64,000 nt of DNA, taken from positions 108,128,001 to 108,192,000 of the forward strand of contig OZ024743.1 of NCBI GenBank assembly GCA_964016885.1, read 5' to 3'. The notes under the pieces were generated by a model. The model searched no databases, was not told the origin of the DNA, and saw nothing but the letters and a program-made list of their open reading frames with translations. This document shows, piece after piece, positions 43,100 to 57,500 of this stretch (the first letter of the stretch is position 1; each line of letters starts with the position of its first letter). The translations under genes and the position numbers were made by a program. The stretch is from Eledone cirrhosa (taxonomy: Eukaryota).

Positions 43100-43380
43100 A
43101 ATACCAGAAAGCTAAATCGGACACATACAATTCAATTAACGACGAAGCCAAGAAACTAGCTAGATATGTTAAGATTGACAATAGACTAGAAAGTTCATCT
43201 AAGCGTGATGCATTTATTACCCTAAAGGATAACGAGACTGACTTTATAAACTGGCCAGCTTGCAGGCTCATAAACAGAATTAGGCCTAGGTAGTAAGAAG
43301 ATTTTAAGGAAAATCAATACATGAATTATCAACAGCACGAGCCTGTTACTCTGGAACAACACATTATCCGTTTTAATGTG
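43100..43380 (+). mobile_element. Penelope-like element reverse transcriptase fragment
   Basis: Manual translation gives YQKAKSDTYNSINDEAKKLARYVKIDNRLE...AFITLKDNETDFINWPACRLIN, then after a frameshift ELGLGSKKILRKIN..INSTSLLLWNNT. This matches the PLE motif AFITLKDHK.NF.N.P.CRLINP.KSELG..SK. Confidence 0.8.
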
Positions 43381-43625
43381 TACTTGTGCGTGGCATAGGA
43401 GGCCCGTTTTGGAACTGCTACTCAAATATCGAGTGGTAGCCAAGACTGGACCACGAAACATCAGTACGTGCATACCTGTTAGGTGTATAAACTTTAATAT
43501 ATACTAAATAAGCTCTCATCCACTAGATTGAGCAGTTTTTCCTTTGCTTTTTATCTGCGGATATCCTACATATATTTATACACTCCCACACATAACTAAT
43601 CTGATACACACACACACACACACAC

Positions 43626-43671
<46 letters not shown>

Positions 43672-43672
43672 G

Positions 43673-43784
<112 letters not shown>

Positions 43785-43927
43785 CATACATACATATAAG
43801 CGTATGTGTGTTTGTTTGCTGGTGTAGTCAAGAAATGGTTGACGAATGTTTACGCAGATTTATGTGTCTGATCGTGGCTATGCGCGCGCGAGCGCGTGTG
43901 TGTATGTGTGTGTGTGTGTGTGTGTGT

Positions 43928-43965
<38 letters not shown>

Positions 43966-44804
43966 GTTTCTTTTTGTGTGCTTGTGTTTGAAGTGTAATA
44001 AATTGTCAGGCGACAGAAATATCACTCTGAATATAAAACTAATGGGAAGGCATTGACTATAATACATAGTCTTATGGCGTTAGTTAAGTTTATGGCAGTC
44101 ACTTAATCTCACTGTTGGTAACCAAATTATGAGAAAACAGCAGGGTCTTGTTATTTTTTCAAGAACATTTACTGAAAGATATCGTCTTTTATGTTTATTC
44201 CTTTACTGATTTCAAGACATTTCAAGTGTGCCCATGCTGTGGAACCGCCTTAAAGACTCCACTACTTATTTCAGATAGATACTTATATCATCGATTTTTA
44301 TTTATTAAACGGTTAAGTTATGTACTGAAGAAGAGTCTCCCTAGCAGTTTAATAAACAGACGTCACATGAGTAGCCGTCGTTGTACTAGTTTACAAAAAC
44401 ATATGCAGCGAATTGGCAGAATCGTTAGGGTGATTTAAAGAATGCTTTGCGGTATTCGTTCCGATTCTCTGCACTGTTTTTAAATCACGTAAACGTTCAC
44501 TTGGCTTTTCATTCTGTTGAGGTTGATGAACAGTGCAGTACTGCAGTCGATTCTGTATATGTAACCTTTTCTCACGTCCTCTCAATCTGTCTCTCTGCGT
44601 CTCTGGAAGAAATCGACTATTTCCAGACCTAGAGAGTGAATGGGCACAACAAGCATTCATATGCACAATAGAATCCCCGTGTCACTCCGGCGCTCATACG
44701 ACTCTGACAGAAGTTACGTGTCAATACCATAGAATACTCGAACAGAGAGAAATGCGCCTGCGTGAACACCCGCCCACATTCACTCACAGAGAGGGAGAGA
44801 GAGA

Positions 44805-44908
<104 letters not shown>

Positions 44909-45164
44909 CAAACATATATATATTGGATTGTCAAGTATGAAATTTGTAGAAATTTATATTTTTCGACACATTTATACAAATTTCATACTCTACGACACAA
45001 TTATATACGCATAAAATCTTTTTAGAGGCGACTAGCAAGACTATTATTCAAATCAATACTCCTTACATTAAAGAAAGTAGATAGTAGATGATTACAGACG
45101 TGTATTATCACAACATAATTTGAAAGGCGTATTAACCTATCGGCTCTGTCCCTAAACTTTCTAC

Positions 45165-45362
45165 TATCATGCAATAACACCCCAAAACTGCCTCGTACAG
45201 GAACGTATGTTCCTATCATTAAATGAATTAATATTGTGATAGAGGCGCATTATGAAAGTTTTAGATGTAGCTCCGATGTATATGTGCCTTGATTCATGGG
45301 TATCAACCATGCATTTATATATTATGTTTTTGGCTAAACATTTGTTTTGCAGGGGGCATTTG
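45165..45362 (-). pseudogene. GIY-YIG endonuclease fragment of a Penelope-like element
   Basis: In-frame minus-strand translation KCPLQNKCLAKNIIYKCMVDTHESRHIYIGATSKTFIMRLYHNINSF contains the CPL..CL..N.IY...YIG.T...F..R..H pattern. Confidence 0.85.
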
Positions 45363-45479
45363 CATAGTTAAAGGCAGTTAAAGGCTTGGTTCTTTGTGCC
45401 TCTTGCTGTTGTACATTTTCTTAGTTGCTAATTTCATGTCAACCTTATCTTTCGTGAGGGTAGAGTTACGCATAACCAC

Positions 45480-45815
45480 GATTCGGACCTTACTCATGAG
45501 TACAGGGGAGATGCGTAGTAGTTAAAGATGATACATTGGGTGAACCGGGTATCTGGTTTCCTCAATTAATTACCTCATTGGAGGACAACCAGCGGCTAAA
45601 TCTAATCCTATTCTTAAGCTCGGGTAGGATCCTGCTTATTTTCACCTTACTGAGCCTACCGAGAGCGGATTTAGAGGGGGTTATGAATCTAATGGGGAGC
45701 TTGATGCTAATGTCTCGTTTTTGGTTGTTAAAATATATAAAAGGTGTCTTAGTTTTCTCGGATCTGTCGCCTATACCCGCGGTTCCCGAGGTGGATTCCG
45801 TGAAAAAAGATAGAC
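45480..45815 (-). mobile_element. Penelope-like element RT fragment (same internally deleted element as the GIY-YIG piece)
   Basis: ORF 45562-45942 contains KLPIRFITPSKSALGRLSKVKISRILPELKNRIRFSRWLSSNEVIN, a PLE RT N-terminal motif. Confidence 0.75.
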
Positions 45816-45863
<48 letters not shown>

Positions 45864-45896
45864 GTCTATCTAATATATATATATTAGGTATAGGAG

Positions 45897-46038
45897 CACA
45901 GCATTGGATATTTGAGTTCTGCAAGTACTTGTGAACTTGCACGTAGCATAACTAGGCTGCAGTACCACCGTGGAAACACTTGTAAGCACACGGAATAAAT
46001 TACCTTTTTATGATGTCTACCTGTTATTATTCATTCTT

Positions 46039-46041
<3 letters not shown>
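45897..46041 (+). mobile_element. Partial copy of the 4241-4405 hammerhead unit (3' half of the ribozyme)
   Basis: Contains accaccgtgGAAAcacttGTAagcacacggAATAAA; the CUGA half is missing. Confidence 0.8.
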
Positions 46042-46109
<68 letters not shown>

Positions 46110-46728
46110 CGGCCATATAACATTATTAGACTTTGTGGTTCCCCCAAAGGTTTCTGAATCAAAAAGGGTTACGCGTTTCAAAACGTTTAGGAAACCCTTG
46201 TCTATACTAAGTTTTGTCTCGATTAGCATGGAAACAAACATACGATTTAAGTTTTATTAGTTTCAGGCTAGATGGAAAAAGAAATGGAATTGATGAACGT
46301 ATAGTATGTTACTCCATCATTAAGATTAGGTCAATAAGGTAGCTTGAAGGTGGGGGGAAAAAGGAACAAAAAAACATTATTTATCAAGATGATGTGTGCG
46401 TATATGTGGTCCTATGTGCGTGATATTGATCCGAGGTGGTAGCAGACCATCTTGATATATCATTGTTACTGATATATGTATTCAGATGAGATGCATTTTG
46501 TAAGTGTGCATGTTGTTCTTTATATTTATTTTATTCTTCTGTGTGTATATATATATACAGGGAAAAAGAAACACCACACGTAGACGTGCGTATATATTTA
46601 AATATGAATCTTTTATTAATTTAAAATATACGCCTTCATTTAATTCGCAATTGTAATTTCATTTATTATTTCATTAATACGTAGATATGTGTGTGTGTGC
46701 ACATACGCATACCCATACATTATGCGTG

Positions 46729-46763
<35 letters not shown>

Positions 46764-47516
46764 ACACACACATGTAAGCTTAGGTAGAAATCCCAACATG
46801 TTACTTTAGCATATGCACTTACAACCACTTTCACGCACACCCAAATAGACAAAGACAGACAGACTGTAAAACGACTTATCTTATAAAAGCAGATTAAACA
46901 AAGAAACAAACATACGAACGAACAAAAATAAAATAAACGAAAGTAGAAAACCATCAGATTTCTCTCACATCTCACCCACCAACCTCATCGGCACGACCAC
47001 CGTCGTAAACACCACCACAAGCACCACTTTTTTTTTTCTAAACAACGCCATTAGAAAAACGCACTAGCGAGAGAGCATCAGAGATGATGTTTGTTCTTGT
47101 CTTCTTAAGTGTGGTTGACTGTTGTTATTATAACTTGTCTTCCATGAAAGTCATTCAACGGCATTTTCCAAACTTTGTCTCTGGTTGTAGTTCTTTTATT
47201 TTCAAAGCATATTTTTATTTTTTACTCCATATCTGTAATGTATATCAAACTTACTGATGATCTATTGCGCCAGCTGATGAAGGAGGACAGGGTTATATTT
47301 TCTATTTAAAGCCAACACTCAAATAAAAAGTAAAATAAATTAAAAAGAAATAAAGAAGGTTTCTAAAAATATGCACAAGGAAACTTAAGATTTTACATTA
47401 TTCCCCTTGTGGTTTGTTTTTGTTGAGTTGATATTTTGCTAGTGTTCGTTCTTCACTTTGTATTTATGTATTTATGAATACGTATATGCATACACATACA
47501 CACATACATGCATACA

Positions 47517-47599
<83 letters not shown>

Positions 47600-47750
47600 A
47601 TTATGTGTGTGCGTACGTTCACAGATGCGTAACATAACCGTCCTATATTTCCCTCTAGGGCATCCCATTCACACTTTCGTTTACGCATAGAACCAGCATA
47701 TAAGTTGACGCATACATATACATCCCACGCCACAAAATTCCTTGCAATAT

Positions 47751-47784
<34 letters not shown>

Positions 47785-49679
47785 GTTCAGTATTTTTTTT
47801 GTTGTTCTATTTTAACTAGAGTTAGACAACCACCCAGCTACCACAACTATGAACAAATGCGTCCTTCCTTCAAATGGATCCTTCCCATGGCTATCATGCC
47901 TTGTTAAAGCTGTCTACGACTAAATGAACTAGTGTGGATTTTTTGATATGATAAGGTACCATGATGTGGAAAGAGTGAGATTCGGCTGCTTTCTTCTTAT
48001 ATAGCAAATTGACCTTCTACGAAGCGGCTCCATTGCTAATTTCATTGCTGATACTATCTATTGGTAGCAACTCCATACAAAATAATTACCAAGTTTCTGA
48101 CAATAACAGACACGATCTGAACTCAGGATGTACAGTCCATGTCATCCGACACATCCTCCAATCCATCTTCCCTTTAATGCCATTTTATCTGAAAAGAGAA
48201 AATGCAAAGCTGACTTCGGTTGGATTTGATCTAAAAGCGCAAAGTATTAGCACAAAATATCGCGCAAATCATTTAGTCTAAAACTCTAACCACCCAACCA
48301 CCACGCTGTCTAAAAAAAAAAAAAGAAAGAATATCGCGTCAACAAAAATTAAAATAAAGAAAACACAAATGAGATCATAATGTTGTTTTAGGTTAAGTTT
48401 GCAGTTTTGGAATGAAACATGAAGATATTTCAGTACTTTAGGGTAAACTTGCCTCAATTTCGAACGAATTAAGATGTGTGAAGACACGTAATAGAGAATG
48501 AGCGTGCGTATTTATGAATGTGCGTGTGTGATTTTTTAAAGAACCAATCAAAAATAAAATAAATACATAAATAAATCGAAATCTCACATCGATATGAATA
48601 ATTAATAATTTAAGTTTCCCAAGGAAAAAAAAATATGTCAGTTCAATGTTTTTTTTCCTTTTAAACATAAAAATTGGATCCCACATTGCTAAAAGAAATA
48701 CAATACAAAACACACCTACGCTCATATTTAGACACATAAGCACGCGCAAACGAATTCACTGGAACACATATATACACATATTCACACACACACTGACAGG
48801 GAGACAGACATTTATATAAACTGACATTTAAGCGCGAAACTACCGACTTGTCGGTTCTGTGTTAGGTTGTATTCAGTGGTCTTGAAAATAAGAAGGAACA
48901 GAAATGAAGTGGGGGATACGTCACTGGGGAGTGTAAACAATTTAAAATAATATACTTGTATCTATCTATAACACACCCTCTATCTCTATTCCTACCTGTC
49001 TATCTATCTACCAGTGTCTCTCTCTCTGTACGTATATATATATATATATATATATACATATGTGTGTGTGTGTGTGTGTGTGTAGTGTGTGTGTATGTGT
49101 GTGTATGCATATATATGTGTGTGTGTATGCGTCTGTGTATCTTTCTTTATCACTCTCTCCCTCTCCCTATCTACTCTTTCTGTATTTGTATGTATAAACA
49201 GAAAAATAAAATAAAACTAAATTACAAAATAAAATAATAAAAAAATACGTGTATAAAACGCCTCCAGTCACTTTGGGGACGGGCTACCCTGGCTTTGAGA
49301 TATAACAAACGGGGTCAATTCTACCCCACTCTCTCAGTCACCCCCTATATCGCAATTTCTGTGTTTCTGCCTCTCATTCTCATTATCATTATCATCCTCT
49401 CTGTCCCACCCTAGGTCACTGTGCCTGTCAGTCTGGAATCTTTGTTTGTGACCCTTGTCAGACATGTAGACTGCCTTCTGTTTCTTTCTCCTCGCCAAAC
49501 AACCCAAACAGCCAGCCAACCAACCACTCAAACAAACAGCCAGCCGGCCATTCTATCTCTCAAAAACCTGTCCGCGTTTATAGAATAAAATACAAAGAAG
49601 TGAAAAAAGAGATGTGTTGCTATACACTCTGGAAAGAATGGAGAAAGAAAGGGGGCTTGAGATAAAATGTAAAACAATA

Positions 49680-49712
<33 letters not shown>

Positions 49713-51626
49713 GAGAGAGTGAAAGAATGAAGCACGGTTATGAAAGAAAGGGTCACAGTACTAAGTCAGAGTTCATTCGGTTACATTTCACGAGAAACGA
49801 GGGCTATTACTACTACTACTGCTGGTGTTGAGGTACGAATCATAGTTTCTCTTGTTACTATTCCGACTATTGCGTTTCGTTCTTTCCTGGGATATCGATG
49901 CTAATAACACTGTATATTAATGTTTTTGTCTCAGTAGTTGTTGCTTAGGCCAGGGTTGAACAGAACCAAGTGATCTATTGTTAACAGAACCACCATTTTT
50001 GTATATCTTAGGTGTGGCCTTTCCTTTGTTTCAGCAGATATTATGATGTCAACAAATTTGACTGTCATTTCTAAATGATAGAATGATTATGCAAGGGCAA
50101 CCCTATCTTGTAAATCGCTGCTCTTACAGCAGTTAATATGTTTGATTTTCTCCAAGATCATTCTATTAACTATCTCATTTACAACACGCATAGGTAGACA
50201 TATATTGAGAATAACCCTCTCTTTATCTCTCTCACACACACTCTTTCCCCTTATCTCTCTACCACACGCAGGCATATTCTCTCTCTCATTTACACGGTAG
50301 AAGGTTTGTTGAAAGAATTATCGAGCAAAGGTTATATGTACGATACCTGTTAATTGCTCTGACGGTGTAAGTCTATTTAAAACTACAGCAAAATCTAGTG
50401 TGGGGTGTTGTCATTTGTGTGGATAATAAAACTCTTAGACCTACCAACAAACCAGCCAAATAAATAACGAATGAATAAAATAAAAACTAGATACATAAAT
50501 AAGAAATGTTTGAGGCGGGTTTGTTTATTTTGTACTGGTATCGTTATCAGTAATATGGTTGAGGGAAATTACCGCAAAGGAGCTTTCCACATACTAAATA
50601 CACATGTTTTAGGTTTTCACATATATAAAATAGTGCCTTGAAAAAAACTGATCAACTGGGATTATTCGAGAAATTATTGGAGTGAAACTCCTCAATGGAG
50701 TGTTTAAAATCTTGTAAACATATTTGTTTTTTAAACAAGAGAGATACTTCCATTAAGATTAGGTGTTCGTATTTTGGGGATAAGAAATACATGTAATGTT
50801 TCCTTTATTCGAAGGTCAATCAGATAAATACCCGTTATATATTGGGGTTGACGTGCCTATGAAAGACTATTGCTTTTAAATTATTTTGCTGTTTTTATAT
50901 ATAAATCCTATATACTCCTTCATTTTACTTACTTGTTACTTTTGCTTCAAGGTGGTAAATTAGCAGGGTCGTTAGAACCTTGGACAGAACCCTTCACCAT
51001 ATTCGCTCCCGTTATCCCTGCTATTTGATTTCAAATCCCGATGACTTCAACTTTGCTTTTCATCGTTTCATATTATATAAATAGAGTACCACTGCGGTAT
51101 TGGATTGATTCTTCTTCTGAATATGTCTCTTGCTCTCTCCGACCCCAGCCGTCTCTCTCTCTCTGTAAAAAACAACAAATGTTTTCTGTACTAAAGAATG
51201 GAAGGTTTCCGCCACATTCAAATACCAAAGATACGTCGTATGTCACAACGGCATCCTGCTATTCAATCAGGAGTTAAAGGTACATGACATGGGACTTTTA
51301 CTTTATTGGCAGTAAATGTCATTTCACCGAACACGTGGTTTTTGAATTCGCTTGTATCATATATTTTACACCATAAACATGCTGTTTTTGCTAACTGCTG
51401 TCTGAGCACGTACACTATTTTTTTAAAAACGAGAGTTGTTTTGATGTGGTTTTTTTCTTTTATTCTTTTCCTGCTGGAACTTGATGGAAGCGTTGCAAAT
51501 GAGACTTGTCTATCGTGTCAACGGGACATTTATTATTAACAAGGTCAAAATCAGTTCTATAGACACACAGTTATTTGGTATGCAACGTGTGGGTTTAATA
51601 CAAACACGTACACACGCAACAAAAGG

Positions 51627-51703
<77 letters not shown>

Positions 51704-52102
51704 CAGTTAGGAAAGATAGAAATTAGTGGAAGATCGAGCACGGAAACGTATTCTTTTGTTTTGTGTAATGTTGTCGATCTTGTATAATTCCTGGTCAAAC
51801 CAGATCGAGTAGATATATGATGAAAGATATTTCAGTCATCACTATCTATTTCATTTTTATTTAGTTCAAGGTCAAATTTAATCACGTAGGCCTATGACGA
51901 AGAGCATTCCAGCCGTGACATTCCAATTCTAATTTCAGAGTTAGAATATTGAAATCTATAAGTGTGTCATTCGTCTTTCAAGATGGCGGAATGCAATTGA
52001 AACCACATAAAGGTCCTCCTCTTGTTATTGATATCTTTACCGTTGTTGTTACATACACACACCCTGTCTCTCTCTCACACATACACACATACACACACAT
52101 AC

Positions 52103-52192
<90 letters not shown>

Positions 52193-53138
52193 AGAGGAGG
52201 GGCATGTGTGAGAGATGGAAATATATTGTGTACGGGGAGGTAATAATTTTCTGTATTTGGAGATGCAGAGTTAAATGGAAACTTGTCAAGTTTGTGTTTT
52301 GTCTTTAGGTCGACGACATTAAATAACATAAATGGAATGAAAGGTCACATGACTTGACCTTGAACGAAAGCTAATTAGGTTAGTCAATGATAACTCATTA
52401 CCATAAACTCTTTAGAACAAGTGATAATGGTGACCATGATGACGACGGGGACGAAGTAGAAGAGAATGTAAATGATGGGGGTGATGAGCGGGTAGCGGTG
52501 TATGAAGGAGGTTCTGAATAATGTAGACTGAATCCTGATGACGATGATGATAAAGGGGGCGATGATGATCACAACGTGAATGAGGATGAATATGTGGAGG
52601 GTGAGGAGGCGGATGGCTATGGGGATTATGAATAATGAGAAGGAGATGGAATAGTGAGAAAGATGGTGGTCTCCATTATGATGACGACGTGGACTAAGGG
52701 GATCATGATGTAGAAGATGATGGAGAGTGAAGAGAAAATGAATCATAATTTATGATAACGATGATGATGAAAAACGAGAAGAATGAAAGGTGATGATGAG
52801 GCTGATGATGATCGTAGTAATTATAGTGAACGTTATGATGAATATGATGATGATAATAACGGCGATGATGAAGATGGTTGAATATCTCTGTTGGTAATAG
52901 TAGTAACAGAAGAATCAGACAATATATTTCCTCGTTATCTTCTAAATGCCGTCAGCACAAGGTAAAACGAAAGTGTGCCTGATCAAGTTCAACACCGAGT
53001 CAGAGATAAAACAGTAACTATAAATACATACATATATATATATATATATACACAAACGTATATATACATATATATTACATATATTTATATGTGTGTGTGT
53101 GTGTTGAGAAAAACGATGTAGTTTTGTTTACATATATG

Positions 53139-53202
<64 letters not shown>

Positions 53203-53410
53203 AATATATATATATTAGAAAGTGAGGTTTTTTTACAAAATGAAAAATAACCGAGTGAAAGTATAAAGAAAAAAAGATGAAATCGAAAATGCAACTGGAG
53301 TCTTATTTTTAAAAAAAATATCTATATTTATTTGGTTCCTTTACCGGTTTCGCAATTCTTCTGCTTTTCAAAAGTAGAGTTGAGATGGATGGTCTGTTGT
53401 TTTTCTCACA

Positions 53411-53449
<39 letters not shown>

Positions 53450-53468
53450 GCATTCCAGTCGATATATG

Positions 53469-53558
53469 CATCTATGCCCAACCATAGAAAGTTGGCTGTA
53501 AAAAGGGTAGCATTAATGGTGGTGCTCCAGCATGGCCTCAGCCTATCGACTGGAATGC

Positions 53559-53592
<34 letters not shown>

Positions 53593-53682
53593 GCATTCCA
53601 GTCGATAGGCTGAGGCCATGCTGGGGCACCACCATTAATGCTACCCTTTTTAGACCCAACTTTCTCTGGTTGGGCATAGATG
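53469..53682. repeat. Near-perfect palindrome centred on (TA)n
   Basis: Arms of ~90 bp (53469-53559 and 53592-53682); the ORF track shows the same N-terminal peptide on both strands. Confidence 0.95.
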
Positions 53683-54194
53683 AAAGAAGGAGTTCGTTAC
53701 TGTTTCTCTTATTTACACTTCGCCTCGTGCTGTCGGTTCTTCCGGAATGCCGGTCAACAGATTGTCGAGATGTCTCTTGAAGCCATCTGCATGCACACCA
53801 TGCATACGTCTCAGACTCTTTGGCAGCTTATTGAAAGACAGAATCCAGAGAGTTGCAGCCAATGTGACCCTCTAAAAGGAAAATTCAATAACAAAGGCTA
53901 CTACTATATGTAATGGCTCATTCAGCAAACATGCTTCACCCACAAGCTATGCTGATGTCCCAAAATAGCATAGACAATCAAGGAACCGGCAAATGCTATT
54001 CGCTTACAATAAGATTTAGATGCCATACGGGAAGATTGAAGGCAGCACTGTGCAATTTAATTGCAGTAAGTTTGAAGCCCTCCGCTATCAACAACACAAT
54101 CATATGATCACAACAAAAAAGCTACACTAGACCAGGAGGAATCGAAATCTGAAAGTCAAAATCAATAATGGACTTGGATATTGACATGAGCTAT

Positions 54195-54256
<62 letters not shown>

Positions 54257-54565
54257 TGAAGTATGTCCCAGGCATTGGCTATATAATGATGTATTGGCCA
54301 CAAGGGCCGATATATAGGGGACAATACAAAAGACTGGGACAGTGGGGTTTTACAGAAAAATCGAGAAAACAATATAAATAACAATAACAGAGTAACAAGA
54401 AAAATACAACATGAACAATTCCCCAATAGGTGGGATGACCACCCAGGGTTCGTTCAGATACCCCACCAATCCTGAACGACCCGACGCTTCGCAAGCACCC
54501 TAGAAAGGCACCCCTCTCCTCCTTAAATTTACCCACCTACAGGCGCATGACCAGAGTAGGCCCAC

Positions 54566-57500
54566 TCACCACATTCTCGCCACATTCACCCACCTTTCAG
54601 CAAATGTACTGGGCGGCAGCACTTCTCTTTCCAACATCACCTTCCTTTCCAAATGAAACTTGAAAAAGTTGATGAGGGATTGGCCGAAGAGAAAAGTGTC
54701 TGTCTTTAGTCCTTTCACCTCGTCCACCATACAACCTCTTTCGCTACTGCCACCAGACAGAGGAAAATTGCATGCCCTTCCTGGCCAAAAGAAGGCGGTG
54801 GGTCGATCTTCACTATGGACTCGGCAGATAGCCGGATCCGTTCTACACGCGACAACAGCTGTTCGACATAACTCCACAAGTCAGTAATGCATGATTTCGT
54901 TGCTCTGCGCGCATCTCGGGCAGGTCCGTCTGACAGTACTTCCGTGCCTGTAGAGTTTATCTCGAACCGGCAGTGCCCCACAGTAGCACTGCCAAGCGAG
55001 GGATTTTTGGAAATTATCCATCGTCCCCGGCTCGAAAGTCCTCCGGAACAGACTGGTTAGTTCGACTTCGTCGACTCCCAGAACATCTGCGAGTGCGTCG
55101 TCGCACTTTCCCACCACTAATCCTCTATAGAACTCGAGAGTGGAAGTTCCACTGACCGCATTGCCCGCCTGGTAGAGGGCAGCGAGTGCCTGACAACATT
55201 CCAGATGCCAGTCACCCAGTTTCGGTCTCTACTTGACCCAAGACTGCAGCTCAGTCAAAGAAACGAGCTGTGGAAAGGCCCGTCTGACAAACGGCGACCA
55301 CACCTGTTCACCGTTTAGGCAGAATATCTGGAGATGCCGCAACCTCAGCTCGTGTCTGTGCATCATTAGCCACGGCATGCCCAGCCCTCCACGTAGAGGG
55401 TGCTGGCAGCAGATGAACCGCCTCACTAGCGGAACCTGACCCCTCCACAATAATTTTGTAGAGGAGCCGCTCCAAGATGGCGAACGGGGGCAAGGTACGA
55501 CGGTCAGACGGTTGTAGATGACGGATGCAATGTACGCGTTCGCCACCTCCACCCGACCTTTCAGTGATAGATTCCTCCCAGCCCATTTCTGGGTGAGACT
55601 GGCTACCCTGCCCGTCCCCTCGTCCTAATTCTTAACCAACTGGAGGTCTGGCCGGAAACAAACCCCGAGCAACTTTACCGGTCCCTCCGTCCAGCGCCTA
55701 ACGACGCTTTGAACGGCATGTACTTGCCCCCTCCAGGTCCCGAGTTGCAAGCCCACCGACTTTTCCGGGTTATGTTTTGCTCCCGTCAACCTTTCATATT
55801 CCTCCAATAAGTTGCCGACCACCTCGATTTCTGAGGTGTCCGACAACATCACGGTGATGTCGTCCGCTTAAGCCGACACAGCCTTTCCGCGTCCCGGTTC
55901 GAGTGGGATGCGCTGCAACAGCTCCAGCTTCCGCAGTAAAGGCTCGAGAGTCAATACGTACATAAGGGAGGAGAGAGGGCACCCTTGACGGACCGATCTA
56001 GAGACCTGAAACGGTTCCGAGAGGTGGCCATTAATTTTGACCACCGAGCAGGTGCCGCTGTGCATTGCAGCGATCCAGCTTCTGAAGACGGGGCCGAAGC
56101 CAGCCGACTTGAGGACATCCTCCAGGTACCGATAGTCGACCATATCGAATGCTTTCGATTGATCTAAATTGACCAGAGCCCCACCGAAGCAAGGTTTATA
56201 CCTTACCCTCTCTATGATATATCGCTTTAGGTGGAGGTTGTCGTGTATGGTCCTGGTTGGGATTGCGCAAGTTTGCGCCTCTCCAACCAAATCCCCGACG
56301 ACAAGCGCCAACCTCTTCGCTAACACCCTGGCCCAAATCTTAAACTCTGTGTTGAGCAGTGTTATGGGCCAGAAATTGTCTAATGTGTTCCTCTTATTCT
56401 CGGCTTTCCTTATCATCGTCACTACGTCCCGGCTCACAGAACTGGGAATACTCCCATTCTGCTGCCAGTTGCAGTAGAGCGCATCGAGTGTATTGGAGAA
56501 CAAGTCTTTGATATTTACGTAAAGCTCGTAGGGCAGACCATCCAAACCGGGTGAATTGCGTCTCATGCAGCCGACAAGGTATCCTGAATCTCGGCTGAAG
56601 TAATCGGCCTTTCGCAGCGCCCAGCGTCGGCTGTCGAGAGTTGCGGCAAGTAATCGAGGTAGGGACTGAAGTCCGCCACCATCTCGGATCCGCCACCTCC
56701 CCCTAACAACCGAGCAAAATGTTGGCGAAAGGCCTCACACATCCGCTTGGAATCGCTCAGCTCGTGTCCGTCTCGGTCCATCAAAGACCGAATCGTGGTT
56801 TTATAACCATGCTGCGCCTCTGCCACGCGGGTCTATCGAACAGCTTTGGTTCCCTCGTTTCTCAGAGCACGCGCCTTAGCTCTGACAATGCAACCTTCGT
56901 ATTTCGCATTGAAGAAATAATCTAATGCCATTCTCGCCTCTAGCACGTTAGTTTCAATGCCACTACCAATAGCCTCGTTTAACTTATCTACCATCACCCA
57001 CTCCTTTCTATTTTTCTCGAACGCTACTTCTTTGCTAAGCTCAATCGACATTACTCTAATCTCTTTTTTGAGAGCCCCCCACCATCTGTTGTTGACCTGG
57101 TCCCTGTAAGCCTTGCGTGCCGGAAATGACATGTTTAGCTTCCAATAACCATGTCTTAACCTACGCGTCTTATCTAGCTCGACTATACAGATCTCACACT
57201 AGTGATCTGAATTGGCGACCGTTTTAAAACGTTGACAGCTTACACTATTTCTGTCTATTTTCCTAATGAATATCCTGTCTATATACGATATAGATGACCC
57301 TATGCGGTTAGTCCAGGTCCACACTGGCGCATTAGGGAAATCTATTCGGTACCTATCAGACAGTTGGAACTGGCTGATCAGGTTCTTGAGGCTTTTGCAC
57401 CCCCCCCCCCGCTCCTATCGGAAACTCCCACACAGTTTCAGCGTGCGTCTAAAATGCCGTTCCAGTCCCCCGCTAACAGTAAAGGGCGAGACGTACCCAG

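Noticed and set aside
47250-47305. Two CTGATGA motifs, and a possible minus-strand mini-exon
   Set aside because: No matching GAAA or helices, the acceptor is weak, and there is no recognisable peptide.
52384-52880. His/Ile-rich or Asp-rich ORFs
   Set aside because: Decayed (GAT)n low-complexity sequence with stops in the acidic frame.
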